Assembly: GCA_963813235.1 (NCBI GenBank)
Contig: CAWEYF010000015.1
Coordinates: 283,003-347,002, forward strand
Length of the DNA stretch: 64,000 bases
Origin: Candidatus Aminicenantes bacterium
Lineage (GTDB): Bacteria > Acidobacteriota > Aminicenantia > Aminicenantales > Saccharicenantaceae
Direction of reading: 5' to 3'
Below the pieces are notes generated by a model. The model saw nothing but the letters and a program-made list of their open reading frames with translations. It did no database searches and had not been told where the DNA came from. Every line of letters starts with the position of its first letter. Position 1 is the first letter of the stretch. This document shows positions 31,122 to 40,742 of this stretch, in pieces. A program made the position numbers and the translations under genes.

Positions 31122-31937
31122 CTATTGTTCGGTGCCGGCGATCTGGGCGAGCCGACACGTCGAGTCCTCGAGCGGCTTGAGGGAGACATCCGCGCCGGAG
31201 AAGCGCTCATAGTAGCCGAAAGGATTGTCGAGATCCCTGATGAGCATCAGGAGAAAGATCATCAGATAGGAGATGACGCCCACGAAGAACAGCGACTCAT
31301 AAAAAGGCTCGATCCTGACCAATATGAGCCCTAGGCAGAGAAGGCCGGTGATGATGTCGGCCAGCAAGTAGCCCGCGGAAACGAAGGACGTTTCCCGAAT
31401 GGTATGAATGCGGATGAGGGTGCGCCGGAGATTGCTCTGCTCCTGCTTCAGTCGGGCCAACAATGTCCCTTGAGTCCATTTTTCCATCACGGCGAACTGG
31501 GGGGTCAGAGCGTTCACGTGCTCCAGCAATTCTGCCGTGCGGTGCTTCTTATGGAACCACCCCAGAATATCGTTGCTAAGTTGCGATAGAAGGATCAGGC
31601 ACGGGCCGACGTCGGCTTCGGGTCTAGCCATCCTGATGCCGGAAACTTCCTGCGCCAGGTTCTCCAGGCACGCGCTCAATTCGCCCGGAAGACGCTCGCT
31701 TTCCTTGAAATCCGATAGGACGCCGCTCAGAAGAAACCCCATCAGGAAGACGTTGGCGGCTACGATCCCGGAGAATAACGGATTGATCGAGATCACTTCC
31801 CACCCCAGGAAGTGGACGACGAGTTTTGCGCATACAACTCCAACAACCACGGCGCTTACGCGCAGCAGAAGACGGTATCGGCTATGGATGGTCATCTTTG
31901 CCTTTCTCTGTCTGATCGGGTCGAACGAGGTTATCAC
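31122..31937 (-). CDS. hypothetical membrane protein (DUF4239/bestrophin-like by recollection)
   Basis: 271 aa. TM pairs at both ends flank a helical soluble middle. C-terminal ...LLMLIRDLDNPFGYYERFSGADVSLKPL resembles the DUF4239 'dld.Pf.G...vs..pl' pattern. Last gene of the minus-strand operon. Confidence 0.45.
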   Translation of the reverse strand: MITSFDPIRQRKAKMTIHSRYRLLLRVSAVVVGVVCAKLVVHFLGWEVISINPLFSGIVAANVFLMGFLLSGVLSDFKESERLPGELSACLENLAQEVSGIRMARPEADVGPCLILLSQLSNDILGWFHKKHRTAELLEHVNALTPQFAVMEKWTQGTLLARLKQEQSNLRRTLIRIHTIRETSFVSAGYLLADIITGLLCLGLILVRIEPFYESLFFVGVISYLMIFLLMLIRDLDNPFGYYERFSGADVSLKPLEDSTCRLAQIAGTEQ

Positions 31938-31992
31938 TGTGACCGTAAAGATGTCAAGGTTTTGGGCCCTGGCCCGATCGCTTCAGGGAGTG

Positions 31993-32679
31993 TCACTTGA
32001 TATCGACGGCCGTCTCGACCGTGAAGAACCTGTATTTCTTATAGACGACGGAAATCCGGGCATTCGCGATCTTATGATCGCCCGGGAGGATGTAGCCTTG
32101 CTCCGAATAGTTGCGGCTGGGGAACCGGAGCCCGTTCTTCTCGCGTCCGTATTCCGAAAAGGCCGTGATCTGCGGCTCGGCGCCCTGGCTCTTGGCGAAC
32201 TCTTCGATCATCTTGAAGTTCCGGAGGGATCTTTGGTCCCAGACGATCTTTAAGACGCTGCCGTCGTCCTCTTTGATCCAGATCCTCCCGTAAGGGTGCG
32301 TTTCGACGAGCTCCGGCCTGGGCGTCGCTTCGATGACCACGGTCTTTTCTTTACCGATCTTATCCTCTCCGATGAGTTTGTAATCATGAGCCAACTGCCA
32401 GGATTCGCTCAGCAGTCCGACCGGCCCGAAGAGAACGTTCTCATAGAGGAACATGACCGTCTGCAGGGGGGACTCCCGGATCTTGGTCTTTCGACCGTCG
32501 ACCGCGATAAGGTTGCGCTTCTCTTGCGTCTTTTTGTTCTTCCTGATGAGCTGATAATCGTAGAGATAGACCTTGGTATCCCGGGTAAAATGGACCGTCT
32601 CTTCCGTCACTTCCTCGAAACAGACAAAATCAATCGCGGCCTGCTCCAATCGCCGGCAATATTCCGCCGATTTCTTCAA
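31993..32679 (-). CDS. LolA-like (outer-membrane lipoprotein-sorting fold) periplasmic protein; listed start is TTG, true 5' end probably near 32793
   Basis: 228 aa, beta-rich. The pattern ...KLIGEDKIGKEKTVVIEATPRPE...YGRIWIKEDDGSVLKIVW... is typical of LolA_like/lipoprotein-sorting proteins. The same frame upstream encodes a signal-peptide-like ARNLILLAALCAVALQPNAQE but has no in-frame start (see findings). Confidence 0.5.
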   Translation of the reverse strand: MKKSAEYCRRLEQAAIDFVCFEEVTEETVHFTRDTKVYLYDYQLIRKNKKTQEKRNLIAVDGRKTKIRESPLQTVMFLYENVLFGPVGLLSESWQLAHDYKLIGEDKIGKEKTVVIEATPRPELVETHPYGRIWIKEDDGSVLKIVWDQRSLRNFKMIEEFAKSQGAEPQITAFSEYGREKNGLRFPSRNYSEQGYILPGDHKIANARISVVYKKYRFFTVETAVDIK

Positions 32680-32856
32680 GATTGCAGCCAGCCTCGACTG
32701 GTCGGTCCGCTCTTGAGCGTTCGGCTGGAGAGCGACGGCGCATAGTGCCGCGAGTAGGATAAGATTCCTGGCCGCCGAGAATGCGTGTCATCATCCCCCG
32801 CCGTTTCGAATGATAGGGCCGCCTCTTCGCCCCGTCAAGCCGCAATGGTTCGGACT

Positions 32857-33777
32857 TCAGAAGACGAACATGATCTCGGAAGCGATCACGTTATCCGAAA
32901 AGTTCATGTCGGGCCGGGTGGAGATCTTTTTCTTGTAATTCTCTCGGAATACCAGGAAGAGCTGTTTCTGGAGCGGGATCCTGATCTCTAGAAGAAAGTT
33001 GTGGTGGCGGTCGTGCCGTCCGAAGTTCCGGTTGGTCGCGATATCGGTGACGTAGCGTCTCCAGGCCAGCCGGTAGCGGACGAACAGGTTGAGGCCGTTG
33101 GGCCTGGCATAGCTGGCCGCGGCCATGACCTCGGGCTTTTTGTACGAATAATTGATCTCACGGGCGTTTTCGCGGCCCCAGGAGAATCCGATCCGCGGCG
33201 TCAGCGAGGGACTGATCTTGTAGTGCACTTCTGTAGCCCACGTATTCCTGGTCATATTGCGGCCCGGAGCGGTCAGCCCATAATCCTGCCGCTCGCGTTC
33301 GACCTCGAGCCTCAACGCGAGCGACTTCGAGAGGCTCACCCTGTAGAAGGCGCTCAAAACCCGGCTGTCGTAGAGGATATCACCGGATGACTGGCTCACA
33401 TAAAGCAGGCGGCCCGGGGCGGAGGACCATTCGACCCCGAGCCGATGTATGCCGGAGCGGAGTTCCAGCCCGCCCAGGGCCTGTACGTAGGTGGCGACCG
33501 TGTAATTTTGGTAGCGATTCAATCGCAAACTGAGGAAGGGGATCAGGGTTATCTTTTTGCCGAGCCGAAGATCGCCTTGGACCTGTCCACCCAACCCTGT
33601 GATCCAGTCCGGCTTGGATACGCCCAATTCCTGGAAGATATTGCTCTCGCGGGCCAGCCCCGCGCTCAAGCGGAATTCCCGAAAACGGAACGAGGCGCCC
33701 TCCAAGGGCATGGATAGAACGGCCAGGCCGATGAGCGCGGCCGCGAAGAATCTCATTTTTGCCGAGTCTCGTCTCAT
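32857..33777 (-). CDS. outer-membrane beta-barrel protein (family unassigned; possibly DUF560/Slam-like barrel)
   Basis: Signal peptide MRFFAAALIGLAVLSMPLEGA. Alternating hydrophobic pattern, many Y/R/N strand ends, and a C-terminal ...ASEIMFVF with terminal Phe (an OMP sorting signature). Confidence 0.6.
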   Translation of the reverse strand: MRRDSAKMRFFAAALIGLAVLSMPLEGASFRFREFRLSAGLARESNIFQELGVSKPDWITGLGGQVQGDLRLGKKITLIPFLSLRLNRYQNYTVATYVQALGGLELRSGIHRLGVEWSSAPGRLLYVSQSSGDILYDSRVLSAFYRVSLSKSLALRLEVERERQDYGLTAPGRNMTRNTWATEVHYKISPSLTPRIGFSWGRENAREINYSYKKPEVMAAASYARPNGLNLFVRYRLAWRRYVTDIATNRNFGRHDRHHNFLLEIRIPLQKQLFLVFRENYKKKISTRPDMNFSDNVIASEIMFVF

Positions 33778-33789
33778 GTCACGCTCCTT

Positions 33790-35070
33790 TCAAACAAGAT
33801 CGATATCCCGCTCAGCCAGGCTGATCAAGGTTTCAAAATGCGCGGCCTCCCCGGGCTGGATCGTGGCGCGGCAGGCCAGCCGCAAAAAGGCCGAAGCTCG
33901 ATACCAGGCGAGGGCCGGGTCGGCCAGGACACCTCCGCCGCTCTCATAGGCATCCTTGAAGAATCCGCCCAATCGAACATGCCGATCCGCCCTCCCGATG
34001 CTCTCCAATCCCCTGAGTTCGAGATGGGCCAAGAAATTGCCGGCGTCGCGCTCGGCGGGCGCCACGCAGGCCATGTCCAGGTCCAGGACGGTCATGATCC
34101 TTTTGTCGAAGAGGAGCTGCTTATCATAAAAATCGCCGTGGCCCGGATAATGGGGTCGGCGGGCCACGTCCATCTTCGCGGCCAGCCTGCCGAGAAGGCG
34201 GCGGACCGCCGACATCTCCTGGAATTCGATCAACTCAAGCGCCGAGGCCCAGCTTTGCAGGATGCCGAATTCTTCGTCCGGACCCTGGACGGGAAGGGGA
34301 AGCCCGATCGAGGCCCTGTGATAAGCGCAAAGAAGCCGTCCCGCTTCGGCGGAGGACCGCGTTGCCTTCGGCGAATCCAGCAGCTCGAAAACCGTTTTGC
34401 CGGCAGCCGGAGCTATCAGGGCGGCCCGAAGCTCTCCGCAATAGCCGATAGGAGCGGGGACTTCAAGGCCGCGACGCCCGTCAAGCCCGGCGGCCCGAAG
34501 AGCCCTGTGGATATCCAGGAGGCTCGTGGCGGCGTTTTCCAGGAAGACCTTAACATAAAAATGCGCGGACGCGTTTTCCCCGAGGCTTCCTTTGTACCTG
34601 AGCAGACATTTGCGGCCCGGCCAGTAGCTGAGAGGCTGGACGGCTCGCAGATGAAAGCCTCGCCATCCTGTCTCGGCGTCGTCGAGCACGGGCCCAATGA
34701 TGTTTCGGGCTTTAAAGGGGGAGGCTGCGATCCTCAGGTAGGGCATTCGATAATCGCTGGGGAAACGTTGGACATAGGCGTTCCATTCAGGGACATAGCT
34801 GGCCCGGGATGGGCAGGACGGCCGCCGAGGGCGCCCGGGCGGAAAGAGAAAGGCCACAGCCCAGGCCGTTCCCGTTCCATCCGTGATCTCATAGAGGAAG
34901 ATGAACATGTTGCCTGGCTTGGGCCAGGCTTTTAGGATCTTCGCAGAGCGGATCTCGCGGCCCTGGAAAAGATGCCGGCCGAGGATGTCGCGCGCCGCTT
35001 CCGGATCAGCCGCCTGTCGGAAGGCCCGAGCGAGCGGTGAGCCAGGGACATGGTCAAACATCGGGTTCAA
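33790..35070 (-). CDS. protein-kinase-like-fold phosphotransferase (APH / LPS-kinase-like)
   Basis: Catalytic-loop-like HGDFYDKQLLF followed by TVLDLDMAC (DxD/DFG-equivalent). 426 aa. Its 5' end overlaps the ABC exporter stop by 17 nt. Confidence 0.65.
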   Translation of the reverse strand: MNPMFDHVPGSPLARAFRQAADPEAARDILGRHLFQGREIRSAKILKAWPKPGNMFIFLYEITDGTGTAWAVAFLFPPGRPRRPSCPSRASYVPEWNAYVQRFPSDYRMPYLRIAASPFKARNIIGPVLDDAETGWRGFHLRAVQPLSYWPGRKCLLRYKGSLGENASAHFYVKVFLENAATSLLDIHRALRAAGLDGRRGLEVPAPIGYCGELRAALIAPAAGKTVFELLDSPKATRSSAEAGRLLCAYHRASIGLPLPVQGPDEEFGILQSWASALELIEFQEMSAVRRLLGRLAAKMDVARRPHYPGHGDFYDKQLLFDKRIMTVLDLDMACVAPAERDAGNFLAHLELRGLESIGRADRHVRLGGFFKDAYESGGGVLADPALAWYRASAFLRLACRATIQPGEAAHFETLISLAERDIDLV

Positions 35071-36910
35071 GCGTCGGAACGGCGGCGCGCTTGCGGCCTT
35101 TCTGGAGATTATAGACCTTCCGGAACCAGGCGCAGGATTCCAGGAGTTGGGGGTGCGTCCCCTGAGCGATCAGGCCTCCTTTATTGAGGACGAATATCCT
35201 GTCGGCTTCAGCGAGATCATGGAGGTCATGGGTGACGAAAAAGGTCGTGCACCTGCGCCGCAGCCGGGACAGGGCCTGCTTGATGTCTTCGACGCTGACC
35301 GCATCCAGCCTGGCAAAAAGCTCATCCACGAGCAGGATATCAAAATCCTTGACGAACGCCCTGGCCATGGCGATCCTTTGCTGCTGGCCGGAGGAAAGCG
35401 TCGTGCCTGTTTCGCTGACCTCGGTCTGATAACCCTTCGGCAAGCCCATGATGAACTCATGGGCATGGGCGCTCCCGGCCGCTTCTTCGATCTCCGCGGG
35501 TGTGGCCCCGGGCCTGCCATAGGCGATGTTTTCGGCCACGGTCGTCTTAAAAAGGATGGGCTCGGGGAGGACGACGGCGAACCGCTCGCGATAGGCTTCG
35601 ACATCATAGTCCCTGATATCGCGGCCATCGACCAGGATCTTCCCTTTCGTCGGGTCATAGATGCGCAGGAGGAGGTTGAGCAGCGTAGATTTCCCGGCCC
35701 CGCTCGGCCCGACGATGCCGATCAGCTTGCCGGAATCCACCTCGAAGCTGAGGTCTTTGATGGCCGGCCGACCTTCACTATATCTAAAACTGACATCGGA
35801 GAATTGGATCTCGCCCCGGAGCCGGTCGGGGACGGACGCGTTCGGCCTGTTTTGGATCGCTTCCTTGACGGAAAGAACCTCCATCACGCGTTCGCTGCAG
35901 GCCGCGACCCTGGACAGTCGTGCCGTGACCCGGGCCAACCGCCGCAGCGGACGATAGAACCCACGGAGGTAGGTCATGAAGACCAGCAGGTCGCCGGGGC
36001 TGAGGATCCCGAGCTTGGCCCGATAAGCTCCGAGGCCGAGAACCCCGCAGATCCCCACGGCCGTGATGAGGTCGACCGACCGGGTCATGTTGGCCTCCAG
36101 CCTTTTTGTCCGGAGGCTGAATTTCATATTTTTGCTGTTCTGGTCCGCGAATCGGTTGTCATGATATTCAGCCCTCGCGTAGGCCTGGATGACGCGTATG
36201 GCGCGAAGAGCTTCGGAGGCCGTAGCGGCTATCCGGCCCTCGTGGGCTCGGCTCTTCCTGGACGCCTGACGGATATTGCCGCTGAAGTGGAAGGAAACCA
36301 GGGCCAACGCCGGGAGGACGATCAAAGAAACAAGTGTGAGGAGGGGGTCCACGGCCAGCATGACAACGGGCATGCCGATCAGGATCAGGACTTCGCTGAC
36401 CGAAGTCATCATGGATTCCACGAGCATCTCCCGGAGCATGTTGATGTCGTTGGTGATGTTCGTGACGAGCTCGCCGATCGGCTTCTTATCGTGGAACTGA
36501 AGGGAAAGGCGCTGGATATGGGCGAAAAGCTTCCGGCGGATGCTGTAGACGATGCGATGACCGGCCGTGGCGACAAGGACGGTGTATCGGTAGCTGAAGA
36601 CGCCGTCAAGAATGATGACGGCGATGTACGCGGCGATCGACGCGCCCAGAATGGTTTCGGGCGAGGCCGAGCCGAACAAGTTCGCCAGGAGTCCGGTCTT
36701 GGGCAGGGGGCGCCGGATCAACACGTAGTCAAAAATGATCTTCAGCGGCCATGGCTGGGCCAGGATGAAAGCGGACTGGATCATGGCGCTCAACAGCCCC
36801 AGGATGAGAAGGCTCTTCTGGCTCTTGAGATAAGGTTTGAAATAGTGGAATACGCTTCCCGGGCGGTGTTTCTTGACCTCCCGGAGCATCTGGTTGAGCT
36901 GGACCCTCAC
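35054..36910 (-). CDS. fused TMD-NBD ABC exporter (MsbA/NdvA-type half transporter)
   Basis: 618 aa. Six-helix type I exporter TMD. Walker A GPSGAGKST, signature LSSGQQQRIAMARA, Walker B ILLVDE, H-loop FFVTHD. The Q-loop position is atypical (VVLPEPILF). GTGA overlap with the upstream GT4. Confidence 0.9.
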   Translation of the reverse strand: MRVQLNQMLREVKKHRPGSVFHYFKPYLKSQKSLLILGLLSAMIQSAFILAQPWPLKIIFDYVLIRRPLPKTGLLANLFGSASPETILGASIAAYIAVIILDGVFSYRYTVLVATAGHRIVYSIRRKLFAHIQRLSLQFHDKKPIGELVTNITNDINMLREMLVESMMTSVSEVLILIGMPVVMLAVDPLLTLVSLIVLPALALVSFHFSGNIRQASRKSRAHEGRIAATASEALRAIRVIQAYARAEYHDNRFADQNSKNMKFSLRTKRLEANMTRSVDLITAVGICGVLGLGAYRAKLGILSPGDLLVFMTYLRGFYRPLRRLARVTARLSRVAACSERVMEVLSVKEAIQNRPNASVPDRLRGEIQFSDVSFRYSEGRPAIKDLSFEVDSGKLIGIVGPSGAGKSTLLNLLLRIYDPTKGKILVDGRDIRDYDVEAYRERFAVVLPEPILFKTTVAENIAYGRPGATPAEIEEAAGSAHAHEFIMGLPKGYQTEVSETGTTLSSGQQQRIAMARAFVKDFDILLVDELFARLDAVSVEDIKQALSRLRRRCTTFFVTHDLHDLAEADRIFVLNKGGLIAQGTHPQLLESCAWFRKVYNLQKGRKRAAVPTLEPDV

Positions 36911-38121
36911 CGGGACGGTTCCTCCATCGCGGACCGGACAAGCTCAAGGATGGCTCGGGCGTTATGATCCCACGTCAAGCTTTTCGAGGATTCCCGAGCC
37001 CTTTCCCCCAGCTCTTGGCGCAGACGCGAGTCGGAACGCAGCAGCCGGAAACGCCGGGCCAGCGCCGCGACGTCTCCCGGCGGGTAGAGGAGAGCCGTCG
37101 TCCTGTTCTTGAGGACCTCGGCGATCTGGCCGACCCGGCTGGCGACGATCGCCCGGCCCGAGGCCATATATTCCGCGATCTTGAGCGGAGAAAAATAGAA
37201 CTCGGCCGAGGTGGGGTAGGGAGCGACGGCAACGTGCATCTTGGAGAGCCAGGCCGGAACGTCCTCATGCTTGATCATTCCCGCCCAATTGATGTTATCT
37301 TCGAAGCCCAAACGACGCGCCTTGGACTCGAGAGCCGGCCTTTCGGGGCCGTCCCCCACAATGAGGAGCCGGGCATCCGGGACGTGCTTGAGCAGGAGCC
37401 GAAAAGCTTCCAGCAGGTCGAGAAGGCCATGCCACGGCTTGAGGCTTCCCACGAAGCCGACGACGAAGGGCTGGGCCGCGGGGGGGGAATCCACGGAGAT
37501 CGCGTGGAACATTTCGTCGGCGGCATTGGGCAGGACGGCAACGTGCTCGGGCTTCGTGCCGCACGAAACGGCGAAATTCCGGATCGCGCCCGAGACGGCA
37601 ATGACCCGGTCGGCTTCGGCCAACAGGGTCGACTCTATGGCGGAGGCAAAATCTTCGAGCTCCATCTGACGATGCTGTTTGTGCTCATCGGTCAGGGGGG
37701 CGTTGACTTCGAGAAGGTAAGGAATCTTTTTCCGGCGGGCGAACTGAAGCCCGGCGAAGCTGAACAGACTCATCCTCTCGAGGACGGCGTCGATGGGGGC
37801 TTCCTTATGGAGACGCTCCAGCTTCCGGCTCAGTTCGATGTTCCGGGCCAGGTCCAGGAAAACGCGTCCCTTTTCCAGCCCGGCCTTGGCCTGGATGACC
37901 TGGCTTATCCTCTGAGAAAGGGATTCCTTGGGAAGCGGCTCGATGGATACCCCGGGAACACTATCATCCTCCCGGGTCCGGGCAGCTAGGAGCGTTGTAT
38001 CGATGCCGACTCGGACCAAGGCCGCCGCCAGCTGACGCAAATGAACCGAGGATCCCATGTGGCCATCGACCGGGATCCCCCGGTCGGCGCAGATGTAGAC
38101 GATGTGACGCCGAGGGGTCAT
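36907..38121 (-). CDS. GT4-family glycosyltransferase
   Basis: 404 aa. N-terminal IVYICADRGIPVDGHMGSSVHLRQLA. C-terminal GT-B retaining-type E-x7-E region (PYPTSAEFYFSPLKIAEYMASGRAIVAS). ATGA overlap on the upstream side. Confidence 0.85.
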   Translation of the reverse strand: MTPRRHIVYICADRGIPVDGHMGSSVHLRQLAAALVRVGIDTTLLAARTREDDSVPGVSIEPLPKESLSQRISQVIQAKAGLEKGRVFLDLARNIELSRKLERLHKEAPIDAVLERMSLFSFAGLQFARRKKIPYLLEVNAPLTDEHKQHRQMELEDFASAIESTLLAEADRVIAVSGAIRNFAVSCGTKPEHVAVLPNAADEMFHAISVDSPPAAQPFVVGFVGSLKPWHGLLDLLEAFRLLLKHVPDARLLIVGDGPERPALESKARRLGFEDNINWAGMIKHEDVPAWLSKMHVAVAPYPTSAEFYFSPLKIAEYMASGRAIVASRVGQIAEVLKNRTTALLYPPGDVAALARRFRLLRSDSRLRQELGERARESSKSLTWDHNARAILELVRSAMEEPSR

Positions 38122-39392
38122 GCCTTCCTCCGGGGTCCGGGAGGCCGTGATCCTTTATAATTTCGGGCGGATGAGGCCAGGAGGCGACGCAGGCGGAAGA
38201 CATTCCGACGGATGTCGAAGTCTCTCTCGGCCTTTTCGCGGCCGCGCCGAGAAAGGCGTCGGCGCTGCCGGGGATGCCGGAGCAGGCCCGCCATGGCCTT
38301 GGCCAGGCCTTCCGAGTCCTTCTGCGCAACGATAAGGCCGCATTTTCCTTTGTCGAGGATCTCCGGGATGCCGACGACATCGGTGGAGATCACCGGGAGG
38401 CCTGTAGCCATGGCTTCCAGCAGGACGGTGGGCAAAGCATCGCGATTCCCGTCGTCGGCGATGATGGCGGGGAGGACAAAAACGGCGGCTTCCTGCATGC
38501 TTCTTAGAACCACGTCCTGGGGCAGCCCGCCCAGCAGTTTGACCGTTCGGCCGAGGTTGAGTTTTAAAATGAGCGACTTCAGGGCAATCTTCTCCTCACC
38601 GTCGCCGATGATCCGGCAATCCAGCTTAACGCCCTGTCTTTGAAGGATATCGATAGCCTCGATGAGATACCGAAAGCCCTTTTTCTCCACCAGCCGTCCC
38701 ACGGAAAGGACGACCGCGTCGCTTCGCGGGGATTTCGGCGGCAGAAAGATATCGAGGTTGACGCCATTGTAGAGACGGACGATCTTTGGCCGGCAGGCCG
38801 GCGGGAGATTCTTGCGGAGATAGTCCCGGTTGGAGCGGGAGACGGTCACCAGGAAAGCCGAGTTCATCGCGATGTCCCGGAGAAGCCTCCAATGCACGTC
38901 CTTATGATAAATGTCCTTTGCGTGCGCGGTAAAACTGTAGGGAATGCCCGTCATCATCGAGGCATACATCGTCACCAGGGCCGGTTCATCGGCAAAATGA
39001 GCATGGAGGTGATGCAGCTGGAGGTCAAGGGCTGTTTCGGCGATGAAGGCCGCCCGCATGAAATACTTGAGGCCGGAGTCCGTCGGGCAGGCCAAGGCAT
39101 GCCGAAGGGCTCGGCCGTACCCTTTCCGATGCTCCTGGACGCGCGCCCGGATCTGCCGCAGGTGGCTCCAAAAATCGGAGTAGCCGGGGCTCGGGAGGTA
39201 ACGGATGCCCGCGCGCAGTTTGGACAAATGGGGGTGGAAGCGGCCTTCCGTAGGGGGGCGGATCGAGAAGATTTCGACTTCCAGGCCTTGCCGTTCAAGC
39301 TCCAGGATCTCATTAAGGACAAAGGTCTCCGAGAAGCGGGGAAACATCTTCAGGACATATCCGATGCGAATCCCCTTGGCCTTCTGAGTCAT
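38118..39392 (-). CDS. GT4-family glycosyltransferase (WcaL-like N-terminus)
   Basis: 424 aa. IGYVLKMFPRFSETFVLNEILELERQGLEVEIFS is the WcaL-type start. C-terminal ...DALPTVLLEAMATGLPVISTDVVGIPEI. ATGA overlaps at both ends. Confidence 0.85.
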   Translation of the reverse strand: MTQKAKGIRIGYVLKMFPRFSETFVLNEILELERQGLEVEIFSIRPPTEGRFHPHLSKLRAGIRYLPSPGYSDFWSHLRQIRARVQEHRKGYGRALRHALACPTDSGLKYFMRAAFIAETALDLQLHHLHAHFADEPALVTMYASMMTGIPYSFTAHAKDIYHKDVHWRLLRDIAMNSAFLVTVSRSNRDYLRKNLPPACRPKIVRLYNGVNLDIFLPPKSPRSDAVVLSVGRLVEKKGFRYLIEAIDILQRQGVKLDCRIIGDGEEKIALKSLILKLNLGRTVKLLGGLPQDVVLRSMQEAAVFVLPAIIADDGNRDALPTVLLEAMATGLPVISTDVVGIPEILDKGKCGLIVAQKDSEGLAKAMAGLLRHPRQRRRLSRRGREKAERDFDIRRNVFRLRRLLASSARNYKGSRPPGPRRKA

Positions 39393-40597
39393 GGTTCGAC
39401 TCCGGCATCATCGGATCGAGGCTCTCCCAGAAGCTCTCCCAAATGGCGAACGGCGTTCGTGACCCCGTCGAACGTCAAACCGGGAACGGGCGATCCCGGC
39501 GGGGGCGTGGAAAGGATCTTCATGACCTTCCGACTAATCAGCTCCGGTGTCAGATGGTTCGGATGGATCATTTCGATCAGGCCGCGGCCGGCGAGAACTT
39601 TTGCCCTGATGAGCTGCTCCCGCCGCGGAAAAGCGCGGGGTATGACGAGAAGCTTCTTTTTCAGCGAAAGGGCTTCATACACGGTGTTGTAGCCTCCCAT
39701 GGCTACGACAAGGTCGGAGGCCCGGAGCCAATCCGCAAAATCGAAAACATAGTAGTGAATAAAGACATTCGGGGCGCCGCCGAAGGAGGCCACGATCTTG
39801 TTTCTCTTGGCAAAGGGGAAGAACGGGCCCAAAAGGATGAAGTGCTGGGTATCTTTAAGCCCCGGACAATCGACAACGCCCTTGAGGTAGGTCTGGATCA
39901 AGGCGAATCCGTCTTCGCCTCCCCCGGCGGTCACCGTAACCATCGGCGTCCCGGCATGGGGAAAGGATTTCGGATCGGACGGGGTCGGGTGCCGGAACGA
40001 GAGGGTGCCCAGGAATCCGCAGAAACGAGTTTTTCGAGCGGCTGCCGGCGGGAAGCCATAGGCCTCCACGGGGTTGAATAGCTCAGGCCGGCTGAAGACA
40101 AGAATCCGGTCGTAGAGCCGGCAAAGGGCCTCATAGTCTCCCCGCTTAGCCCAAGTGGACCTGATGTGCCGGGGTGAATCCAGAACATCCCTTAGCAGGA
40201 GCACGGTCTTGATAGGCCTTCCTTCCGCCCTGATCCGTTCGAGAAGAGGCAGAAGCTCGCCGTTCATGCCCCGAGGGACGTTGTCCACGATGAATAGGTC
40301 CGGCCGGAAGCTCTCGACGGCGGCGCCGAGGACGTTCGAGCGGATCGAGGTCAGCATGCTCATGGGAACGCCGAGGCGGCGCGCCTTGTATTTCTCGGGC
40401 CCTATCTTGGTCACTCCCGGCACGCGGACGAAATCGATCCTTCTTGAGGGTGGAATGATCCCGGGCTTTTCCAGTCCGGTCAAGATCAGACACCGCGCGT
40501 CCGAAAAGGCCTGGGTCAGCCCTCTGGCCAATTTGGCCACGCGCTGGGTGTGTCCGAGCCCCAACGTGTCATGTGTGTACAGGGCGATTCGCGGCAT
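39389..40597 (-). CDS. GT-B glycosyltransferase of the COG4671 / GT28 (MurG-like) type
   Basis: 402 aa. N-terminal MPRIALYTHDTLGLGHTQRVAKLARGL. C-terminal nucleotide-sugar-binding-like ...LVVAMGGYNTVYEALSLKKKLLVIPR. First gene of the minus-strand operon. Confidence 0.7.
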   Translation of the reverse strand: MPRIALYTHDTLGLGHTQRVAKLARGLTQAFSDARCLILTGLEKPGIIPPSRRIDFVRVPGVTKIGPEKYKARRLGVPMSMLTSIRSNVLGAAVESFRPDLFIVDNVPRGMNGELLPLLERIRAEGRPIKTVLLLRDVLDSPRHIRSTWAKRGDYEALCRLYDRILVFSRPELFNPVEAYGFPPAAARKTRFCGFLGTLSFRHPTPSDPKSFPHAGTPMVTVTAGGGEDGFALIQTYLKGVVDCPGLKDTQHFILLGPFFPFAKRNKIVASFGGAPNVFIHYYVFDFADWLRASDLVVAMGGYNTVYEALSLKKKLLVIPRAFPRREQLIRAKVLAGRGLIEMIHPNHLTPELISRKVMKILSTPPPGSPVPGLTFDGVTNAVRHLGELLGEPRSDDAGVEP

Positions 40598-40742
40598 AAA
40601 TCTCCCTCAAAACGTCTTCATGGGGAATTAGGCTCCATTACCTTAGCGGTACGATGCGGATAAGTCAATAGCCTTCAGGGGTGAAAAACAAGGGGGGGGA
40701 AGGCATGTCCCTGCTGATTTTTCGCCCTCCTTTGGCTATACT

